A stretch of DNA of 40,457 bases, from assembly GCA_023380635.1 (NCBI GenBank), contig JAMCRP010000002.1, forward strand, positions 1 through 40,457, in the 5' to 3' direction. Below the pieces are notes generated by a model that was not told the origin of the DNA, made no database searches, and saw only the letters and a program-made list of their open reading frames with translations. Shown one piece after another: positions 1 through 7,173 of this stretch (position 1 is its first letter; each line of letters starts with the position of its first letter). The stretch is from Patescibacteria group bacterium (GTDB lineage Bacteria > Patescibacteriota > Microgenomatia > JAMCZE01). Position numbers and translations under genes: made by a program.

Positions 1-126
1 GAAGAATTAGATGACATTGTCTGGGAAATTAACCACAAACCTCGCAAAACCCATGGTTATTTAACCGCTCAGGAAATGTTAGAATTGGAGCAAGCAACGG
101 GTGTTGCGATTCCATTTAGAATGTAG
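1..126 (+). CDS. IS30-family transposase, C-terminal fragment (5' end outside window)
   Basis: Frame 1 is open from base 1 to TAG 124-126 (EELDDIVWEINHKPRKTHGYLTAQEMLELEQATGVAIPFRM*). The N-x-(K/R)-P-R-K-x-x-G-Y-x-T tail is typical of IS30-type DDE transposase C-termini. IS ends were not identified. Confidence 0.6.
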   Translation, partial: EELDDIVWEINHKPRKTHGYLTAQEMLELEQATGVAIPFRM

Positions 127-154
127 GCTCAAACCGGATTTTGGTAATTCATGA

Positions 155-182
155 TTGACTTATGCCCCAAATAGATTATAAT
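155..182 (+). promoter_or_regulatory. sigma70-type promoter TTGACT-N16-TATAAT, candidate 16S promoter
   Basis: TTGACT 155-160, 16-nt spacer, TATAAT 177-182. It points at the 16S gene about 190 nt downstream. Confidence 0.5.
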
Positions 183-232
183 TATTTCCAGACATGAGAA
201 AAACCTAGTCCGAGTTTAAATAAGGGACTTTA

Positions 233-255
233 ATCCCGCCTCGGCGGGATTTTTT
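233..255 (+). terminator. intrinsic-terminator-like hairpin (or boxB-like leader hairpin)
   Basis: ATCCCGCC / GGCGGGAT palindrome (233-250) followed by a T-run (250-255). Confidence 0.55.
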
Positions 256-279
256 GTACCTTTAAAAGGTGCCTTTTTT
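256..279 (+). terminator. second terminator-like hairpin in tandem
   Basis: GTACCTT (256-262) pairs with AAGGTGC (266-272), followed by T6 (274-279). Confidence 0.4.
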
Positions 280-294
280 CTCAGAGCCTAGGCG

Positions 295-312
295 CACTTT
301 GAAAAGTTAATA
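295..312 (+). promoter_or_regulatory. boxA-like rRNA leader element (16S copy)
   Basis: CACTTTGAAAAGTTAATA. It is near-identical to CTCTTTGAAAAGTGAATA at 3929-3946 upstream of 23S and resembles the antitermination boxA GCTCTTTAACAA. Confidence 0.4.
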
Positions 313-1249
313 CTTTTCTACACAATAACTATTTTTCAAATTTGGTAACTGAAAAGTGGTAGGAATCAATTTTTTTGAGAATTTGATCCTGGTTCAGGAT
401 GAACGCTGGCGGCGTGCCTTAAGCATGCAAATCGAGCGGGATACTTGAGGATCGCAAGATCTTCGGGTGTCTAGCGGTGGACGGGTCAGTAACACGTGGG
501 AACATACCCTCTTGTATAGGATACCCCGGCGAAAGCCGGGCTAATACTGTATAGCCTCGCAAGAGTAAAGCAATTAACTTTGCGCGAGAGGAGTGGCCTG
601 CGGCCTATCAGCTTGTTGGTGGGGTAACGGCCTACCAAGGCGACGACGGGTAGGGGGACTGAGAGGTCGGCCCCCGACAATGGGACTGAGACACGGCCCT
701 TACGTCTACGGACGGCAGCAACTGGGAATCGTCGGCAATGGGCGAAAGCCTGACCGCGCGACGCCGCGTGGAGGATGAAGGCCCTCGGGTCGTAAACTCC
801 TTTTAACAGGGACGAACACAATGACGGTACCTGTAGAATAAGCCGCTACTAACTACGTGCCAGAAGTCTCGGTAATACGTAGGCGGCAAGCGTTATCCGG
901 ATTCATTGGGCGTAAAGCGACGTGTAGGCGGATTATCGCATCTTGTTTAAAAGGCCGGGGCTTAACTTCGGTTCTGGGCAAGAGATGGATGATCTTTGAA
1001 GATTTTCGGGGCAACTGGAACTTCAGGTGGAGCAGTGAAATGCGTTGATATCTGAAGGAACACCAATGGCGAAGGCAGGTTGCTAGGAAATTCTTGACGC
1101 TGAGACTCGACAGCTAGGGGAGAGAAGCAGATTAGAGACCTGCGTATTCCTAGCCGTAAACGCATGGGTGCTAGATACTAGGAGTTTACTCTTAGTGTCG
1201 CAAGCTAACGCGTTAAGCACCCCGCCTGGGGAGTACGAACGCAAGTTTA

Positions 1250-1283
<34 letters not shown>

Positions 1284-1817
1284 AGTGGAGCGTGTGGTTC
1301 AATTCGATTCAAAGCGAAACACCTCACCAGGGCTTGACATGTATCTGCAAGCGCACGGAAACGTGTGATCTACGAGAGTGATACAAAGCTGCTGCATGGC
1401 CGTCTTCAGCTCGTTCCGTGAGGAGTACCCTTTAGTGGGTTAACGAGCGCAACCCTCACTCTTTGTTAAATTATCAAAGAGAACTGCCCCGCCATAAGCG
1501 GGGAGGAAGGCGAGGATGACGTCAGGTCAGCACGGTGCTTATGTCCTGGGCTACACACACCCTACAATGGCGAAAAACAACGGGCTGCAAACCGGTAACG
1601 GCAAGCAAATCTCTGAAATTTCGCCTCAGTTCAGATTGGGGTCTGCAACCTGACCCCATGAAGTCGGAATTGCTAGTAATGGCCAATCAGCAGGTGGCCG
1701 TGAATACGTTCTCGGGTCTTGTACACACCGCCCGTCAAGGCAGCAAAGTCGGCAGTGGCTGATGATCCGCCAGTAAAGGCGGGTTGACGCCAAGGTCGGC
1801 GATGAAGCTTAAGTCGT

Positions 1818-2518
1818 ATCTGTAATGCGACTCTCAGAAGTAATTTTGAGAACAAATTTGGCTATATCGGTGAAACCTAAATTCTGATATTCTTAAGTCA
1901 GTAACAAGGTAATACCGAGGGAACCCCCGATCAAATCGGGGGACACCGTAGAGACTACATGCCAACGCCGCAAATTACGAAAGCTTATCTGCTTGGACTG
2001 TTGCATGACGCAACTGAAAGAAAGACTACTTTCAGAATCGCCACTAAGAGCAACAATTTTGCTAAGGTTCTAGTAAATGGCATTCATTTACTGGGCTTTG
2101 GGGCTTGGTCTTATCGAGAAGGGAAGAACCGCGATCTTTGGATCGTGGAGTTCTCCAAAAAATTTCTTAAAGACACAAGCATTCTTTCTAAAAAGGACAA
2201 AATTAATTATCTTAGGGGTTATTTTGATGCTGAAGGTGGGATTGCTAAAAATTCTAATGTTCGTTACTACTTATATTTTTGCCAAAAAGACAAGGCAGAT
2301 TTGGAAAGGGTAAAGGAATATTTAGAAGAATTAGGTATCAATTGCGGTAAATTGCATAATCCAAGTAAGAAGATCGATCCGGATTATTGGCGATTCTTCA
2401 TAGGAGTTAAATCTTACGAAAAGTTTGCCGAAGTAATCGGATCTTTACATCCAGATAAGAAAAAATATTTGCGGATGAAGATATAGTCCATGCCCCATGA
2501 AAATCGGGGATAAACATG
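1818..2518 (+). mobile_element. group I intron in 16S (between E. coli positions 1498/1499) carrying a homing endonuclease ORF in P8
   Basis: The exon sequence AAGTCGT|AACAAGG is split. P1 pairs exon 1812-1817 with GCGACT 1827-1832, with a U.G wobble at the 5' splice site. An R-like element CCGTAGAGACTACA lies at 1946-1959 and the S element AAGATATAGTCCA at 2478-2490. The last intron nucleotide is G2518. Confidence 0.75.
1959..2486 (+). CDS. LAGLIDADG homing endonuclease (two-motif, monomeric type)
   Basis: 175-aa ORF with motifs AYLLGLLHDAT and NYLRGYFDAEGG. It lies between the intron R and S elements. Confidence 0.85.
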   Translation: MPTPQITKAYLLGLLHDATERKTTFRIATKSNNFAKVLVNGIHLLGFGAWSYREGKNRDLWIVEFSKKFLKDTSILSKKDKINYLRGYFDAEGGIAKNSNVRYYLYFCQKDKADLERVKEYLEELGINCGKLHNPSKKIDPDYWRFFIGVKSYEKFAEVIGSLHPDKKKYLRMKI

Positions 2519-2690
2519 AACAAGGTATCCTTAGCCGAAGCTGAGGATGGATCACCTCCTTTCTAAGAGGTAACGGGTGCAGGCAAACCGAAAGGACTGT
2601 CTGTACAAATCAACTCCCAAGTTTTCTAGAGTTTCTTGGCTAAAAAACAACTCTTTAAAAGATCGGAAGCCGCTTTTCAGAGACCAACAC

Positions 2691-2834
2691 GAAAATTTGA
2701 AATTTGAACTTTGAAATTGTGCCTTCGGCAGAATTCTGCGCAAAGCGCACAATTTGAAATGAGCGTTTGAATAATTTTAAATTGTCTAAATTCAAATTCA
2801 ATTCAAATTTAAAATTGTAAATTCCAAATTGAAA
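2691..2834. repeat. A/T-rich hairpin repeat block (AAATTTGAAATTT / CAAATTGTAAATT family)
   Basis: GAAAATTTGAAATTTGAACTTTGAAATTG ... AATTCAAATTCAATTCAAATTTAAAATTGTAAATTCCAAATTG. It shares its core with blocks at 3850, 19988, 21434, 31031 and 31503. Confidence 0.7.
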
Positions 2835-2861
2835 GTCCACCTGTAAAAGGGTGGCTTTTTT
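2835..2861 (+). terminator. intrinsic terminator downstream of 16S
   Basis: CCACC (2837-2841) pairs with GGTGG (850-854 of that line), followed by T6 (2856-2861). Confidence 0.6.
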
Positions 2862-2900
2862 GTGGTCGAAGTGATGTTTTGATGAGAGGAGAAGATGAGA

Positions 2901-2976
2901 TGGAGGTCTGGGCGGGAATCGCACCCGCGAATAGCGGTTTTGCAGACCGCCGTGTTAGCTACTTCACCACCAGACC
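2901..2976 (-). tRNA. tRNA-Cys (GCA), CCA encoded
   Basis: The reverse complement folds as a cloverleaf: acceptor GGTCTGG/CCAGACC, anticodon loop CTGCAAA, T-arm GCGGG-TGCGATT-CCCGC, discriminator U73 and the A13:A22 mismatch typical of tRNA-Cys. Confidence 0.9.
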
Positions 2977-2989
2977 GGTTTAGAGAGGG

Positions 2990-3061
2990 TGCGCACTGAT
3001 GGAGTCGGACCATCCACTTCTGTCTTATCAGGACAGCGTTCTACCGATGAACTAAATGCGC
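2990..3061 (-). tRNA. tRNA-Ile (GAT)
   Basis: Reverse complement: acceptor GCGCATT/AGTGCGC, D-arm GTTC-ATCGGTA-GAAC, anticodon stem CTGTC/GACAG with loop CTGATAA, T-arm GATGG-TCCGACT-CCATC. No CCA is encoded. Confidence 0.88.
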
Positions 3062-3172
3062 CAGTGTCTAGGATTTTAGCATAATTTCCTTTCCAAACCC
3101 ACAACTTGTCTTCTTACCTTCTCCTTACCTCTCTTTGCTGGAATAAATAGCAGCAGCTTATATAAATGATTT

Positions 3173-3274
3173 ATGGAACGGACGCCGGGGGCATTTTTGG
3201 TCGGTCTGGGAGTGATTTTTGCCGCTCTGGCGGCAGCTTACATATTTTTCAGCGCCCTGGTCGGCCCTAAATAA
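3173..3274 (+). CDS. 33-aa single-TM peptide (below ORF-track cutoff)
   Basis: ATG 3173 to TAA 3272-3274 gives MERTPGAFLVGLGVIFAALAAAYIFFSALVGPK, a clean hydrophobic helix. Its stop lies 3 nt before the next ATG. Confidence 0.3.
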   Translation: MERTPGAFLVGLGVIFAALAAAYIFFSALVGPK

Positions 3275-3277
3275 ATT

Positions 3278-3511
3278 ATGGCGATAAAAAATATTGAGCA
3301 TTGGCCGGGTTGTTCCCATGAACAAATGATTGCGGCCTTTGATAAAGACAGCGAACAACAATTGAAAAATGTTGCGGCTGTTATGGTGGATCTCGACGAA
3401 GCAAAAATAGAGGATATTTCCAGAAGAGTCTCTGCCGCAGCAGGCGGCTATAGCCGAGTATTGGCCCGGCGCCTTGGTCTGACTCCGAGAGTCAGCGAGT
3501 TTGATGATTAA
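3278..3511 (+). CDS. hypothetical 77-aa acidic protein
   Basis: ORF-track entry with an ATG start and no recognisable motif. It lies between 16S and 23S. Confidence 0.5.
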   Translation: MAIKNIEHWPGCSHEQMIAAFDKDSEQQLKNVAAVMVDLDEAKIEDISRRVSAAAGGYSRVLARRLGLTPRVSEFDD

Positions 3512-3558
3512 TAGCTGAGCCTCTTAAAGGCGGAATACCAAGATAGTATAGAGGGTGG

Positions 3559-3587
3559 TTGACAACCTCATTTTAGCCTTGTATAAT
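3559..3587 (+). promoter_or_regulatory. perfect-consensus sigma70 promoter TTGACA-N17-TATAAT (candidate tRNA-Ala/23S/5S promoter)
   Basis: TTGACA 3559-3564, 17-nt spacer, TATAAT 3582-3587. Confidence 0.65.
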
Positions 3588-3707
3588 CTTCTTAATTCAC
3601 AGTTCGGGTGGATTAATTTCTTTGATGCGAAGCTATTCTACATATTCCGTTTATGCCCTGATAAGGGGCCGTCGGCGTCTGTAGACTTTGTATCAAAAGA
3701 ACTTTTG

Positions 3708-3730
3708 AGCCCCGAACGAGGGGCTTTTTT
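3708..3730 (+). terminator. intrinsic-terminator-like hairpin about 135 nt downstream of the 3559 promoter
   Basis: AGCCCC (3708-3713), loop GAACGA, GGGGCT (3720-3725), then T6. Confidence 0.65.
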
Positions 3731-3771
3731 AGTACATTGAGATCGCTAGGATATACAAACTCTACTCTCGG

Positions 3772-3844
3772 GGGCCGCTAGCACATCTGGTAGTGCGCCT
3801 CGTTTGCAACGAGGAGGTGAGGAGTTCGAGTCTCCTGCGGTCCA
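3772..3844 (+). tRNA. tRNA-Ala (TGC)
   Basis: Acceptor GGGCCGC/GCGGTCC with the G3:U70 identity pair, anticodon stem CCTCG/CGAGG with loop TTTGCAA, T-arm AGGAG-TTCGAGT-CTCCT. Confidence 0.9.
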
Positions 3845-3849
3845 CACGC

Positions 3850-3919
3850 GAAATTTGAAATTTGAATTTTGAAATTTGAAAAATTCAATTCAAATTGTAA
3901 ATTTTAAATTTCAAATTGC
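3850..3919. repeat. A/T-rich inverted repeat (about 32-bp imperfect hairpin) of the CAAATTGTAAATT family
   Basis: GAAATTTGAAATTTGAATTTTGAAATTTGAA-AAA-TTCAATTCAAATTGTAAATTTTAAATTTCAAATTGC. Confidence 0.7.
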
Positions 3920-3928
3920 AGCTCTTTG

Positions 3929-3946
3929 CTCTTTGAAAAGTGAATA
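3929..3946 (+). promoter_or_regulatory. boxA-like rRNA leader element (23S copy)
   Basis: CTCTTTGAAAAGTGAATA, preceded by a second GCTCTTTG. It matches the element at 295-312. Confidence 0.4.
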
Positions 3947-4600
3947 GAAGGCCCACAAGCATGCAAGTGCTTGTGGTAAAAATCTTTACAACATTTCAAT
4001 AGTAAAATTTGCTATTGAAAATTATCTACTCATAATGCCAGTGGTGGATGCCTTGGCAGAAAGAACCGATGAAGGACGCTTTCACAGAAGCGATATCGAC
4101 GGCTTGCTCTTCAAAGCTTACCCGTCGGTTTCCGAATGGAGCAATCCAGCCTATTGAAAGATAGGTTATTGCTATCTAAATACGCCGCAAGGCGGAATAG
4201 GGTTGCAAGGGAGACCCCCTGAACTGAAACATCTAAGTAAGGGGAGGAAAAGACAATAATAATGATTCCGGTAGTAGCGGCGAGCGAACTCGGAACAGGC
4301 TAAATTTTGTAGCAATACAAGAAGTTGCGGGGCGCTGTTGGGAGTATGGAGGTTAGAAGAATGCTCTGGAAAGGGCAACCAAAGAGAGTGAAAGTCTCGT
4401 ATTTTAAAACCGAAATACCTCTTGCGATTCCCCAAGTATTACGGGGCACGACACCCTGTGAGAATCCGTCACGTCCAGCGTGATAAGCCTAAATATTCTT
4501 TCTGACCGATAGCGAACTAGTACCGTGAGGGAAAGGTGAAAAGCACCCCGGAAGGGGAGTGAAATAGTTACTGAAACCATTGGCTAACAAACAACTAGAG

Positions 4601-4727
4601 CTTGTCTTTCGGACAAGAATTTTCAAATTCAAAGATACAAGATACAAATTAATAATCAAATTAAAAATTTGAAAGATTATTTGTTTCTTGCTTCTTGTTT
4701 CTTGGAATTTCTCGTCCGGAGGACGAG
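4601..4727 (+). other. helix-25 intervening-sequence-like expansion of 23S
   Basis: About 127 nt lie between CAACTAGAGC and GTGATAGTGTGCC, where E. coli has a roughly 12-nt hairpin. GC clamps CTTGTC/GACAAG and CTCGTCC/GGACGAG flank an A/T-rich core with GATACAAGATACAA and TTGTTTCTTGCTTCTTGTTTCTTG arms. Confidence 0.55.
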
Positions 4728-6104
4728 TGATAGTGTGCCTATTGAAGAATGAACCGGTGAGTTGCTCGATAACCGTTTTGTCTAAGCCACTCTGTGGCGA
4801 AGCGCAGTGAAAGCAAGGTTTAAATGACCAACTTTTACGGTTGTCGGCAGACCCGAAGCCCGGTGAGCTAACCTTGAGCAGGGTGAGCGGTGCCGAAAGG
4901 CACCAGGAGGCCCGAACTCGTCTGGGTTACAAGCCAGTGAGATGACTTGAGGTTAGGGGTTATATGCCTACCGAACCGGGGGATAGCTGGTTCTCCCCGA
5001 AATATATATAGGTATAGCGTTTCATCGTAATGTTACCTGGAGGTAAAGCACTGGATGCCCCACTTTGCGCAAGCAGAGCGGGGTAACCAAACTCTGAATG
5101 CCAGGTAAACTGATGGAGCAGTCAGAAAGCGACGGCTAAGCGCCGTTTTCTAAAGGGAAACAGCCCAGACTCAAAGCTAAGGTCCCTAAATTGGATCTAA
5201 GTTAAAGGAGGTTAAGTTTTTAAAACACCCAGGAGGTTGGCTCAGAAGCAGCCATCCTTTAAAGAAAGCGTAACAGCTCACTGGAATAAAGACTTAGCGC
5301 CGAAAATGATCGGGAATTAAGATCCATACCGAAGCTTGAGATTCCATAGCAATATGGAGTGGTAGGGGAGCGTTCTCTGCTAGAGCGAAGGTGAACCGTA
5401 AGGTTTGCTGGACGAAAGAGAAGTGAGAATGCCGGTATGAGTAGCGTTTAATCCGGTGAGAACCCGGATCACCGAAAGTCCAAGGTTTTCCACACAACGT
5501 CAATCGGTGTGGAGTTAGTCGGCCCTAAGCGTGACCCGCATTGGGATAACGCGATGGATAACAGGTCATTATTCCTGTACAGGGAGTGTATCGTTATCAG
5601 CCAAGGAAGGACAAAGTGGAGATATCCTGGCCCGCCCAACGAACACGGTGGGTCCAAGCGTCGAAATAGTGATGAGCGGTAAACCCCTCAACATGTTTAA
5701 TCGAGGCGCGAATGCTATCCCGCAAGAAATCAAGGAGAGCAGGAAAGTCTTCGTTTTCGAGAAAATTTTCGTGGCGAGATACATTTTTTACCGTACCAAT
5801 AACCAACACAGGTGGACAGGTCGAGCAGACCAAGGTGATCGGAAGAACTATGCTTAAGGAACTCGGCAAAGCAGCTCGGTGTAACTTAGGGAGATACCGT
5901 GCCTTCCGCAAGGGGGGCCGCAGCGAGTGATTGCTAAGCGACTGTTTAACTAAAACACAGCTCTCTGCAAAGCCGAAAGGCAACGTATAGGGGGTGACAC
6001 CTGCCCAGTGCTAGTAGATTAAAGTTCTTGGTGAAGGCCGCAAGGTCTAAGCCTGGGGCATAAGTCCTAGTGAACGGCAGCAGTAACTATAACTGTTCTA
6101 TGGT

Positions 6105-6666
6105 AGACCCAAGTGGGTCCGCTGCCATAGTAAAACTTGACTATATGCTGGGAACTCCTGTAATCTGATACTACTATGGTACATGGTACACATAGTAACA
6201 AAGTAATCAGTAGGGACAATCAGCAGGAAAGACTCGATCCGTGGTGGATTGTGGGATTCGTTGATGGTGAAGGTTGTTTCTCTGTAAGCACTTTTAAAAA
6301 TCGCACTACTAAAAGCGGATTGCAAACTCTTTATGAGTTTGTGATCACTCAAGGGGAGCGGAGTTTGGAAGCTTTAGAGAGAGTAAAAGATTACTTCCAG
6401 TGTGGAGGTGTCTACATTAATCACCGTTACGACAATCACAACTACAATCTTTACCGATATTGTGTCCGAAGACAGGATGATCTTCGAGAGAAAATCATTC
6501 CGTTTTTCAGAAAATATCGACTACAAACAGCAAAACGAGCGCAATTCGACAAATTTTGTAATCGTTTTGAGAATCGAGAATCCTCAGAGACTATACGTCA
6601 AGGCACAAGCGTGTAAACCGCTTGTACAAGATATAGTCCAAACTTCAAATTAACTTGAAGAATTTG
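6105..6666 (+). mobile_element. compact group I intron in 23S at the E. coli L1931 site, carrying a homing endonuclease ORF
   Basis: The exon sequence CTATGGT|AGCGAAG is split. P1 pairs exon 6098-6104 with GCCATAG 6124-6130, with U.G at the splice site. The S element AAGATATAGTCCA lies at 6628-6640 and the terminal G is at 6666. Confidence 0.7.
6176..6616 (+). CDS. LAGLIDADG homing endonuclease (single-motif, I-CreI/I-CeuI-like)
   Basis: 146-aa ORF containing LDPWWIVGFVDGEGCFSV. Confidence 0.85.
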   Translation: MVHGTHSNKVISRDNQQERLDPWWIVGFVDGEGCFSVSTFKNRTTKSGLQTLYEFVITQGERSLEALERVKDYFQCGGVYINHRYDNHNYNLYRYCVRRQDDLREKIIPFFRKYRLQTAKRAQFDKFCNRFENRESSETIRQGTSV

Positions 6667-6673
6667 AGCGAAG

Positions 6674-6708
<35 letters not shown>

Positions 6709-7140
6709 TAGAACGACTTAGCGACTGTCTTAAGCATAGATCCGGCGAAATTGAAATGGCTGTGAAGATGCGGCCTAGTCATACTTGGACAAAAAGACCC
6801 CGTGGAGCTTTACTGCAACTTGGCATTGTTGAGCTTATTTTCATTGTCTAGCAATAGGTGGGAGCGCAAGCGTCAATGTAAGACCACTCTTGAAGATGAG
6901 GGAGACTAATCACTTTCCCATTAAAAAGTTGGGAGTGAGACAGTGTCTGGCGGGCAGTTTAACTGGGGAGGTTGACTCCTAAATTGTAACGGAGTCGTAC
7001 AAAGGTACTCTAGCTTCGGATGGAAATCGAAGTGATAGCGCAAACGCAAAAGAGTGCTTGACTGCGAGACTTACAGGTCGAGCAGAAACGAAAGTTGGTG
7101 TTAGTGATCTGGTCTGTGCTTACTGGTAAGCACGGAGCTT

Positions 7141-7173
<33 letters not shown>

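Noticed and set aside
3555-3740. 61-aa track ORF.
   Set aside because: It starts inside the -35 box of a perfect promoter, runs through the terminator hairpin, and has a low-complexity hydrophobic translation. It is better explained as a transcribed leader.
2691-3919. Whether the AAATTTG repeat blocks could be a CRISPR array.
   Set aside because: The units are contiguous with no unique spacers, and they are 7-15 nt and A/T-only. They form self-complementary palindromes and are scattered in short blocks. No cas genes are in the window.
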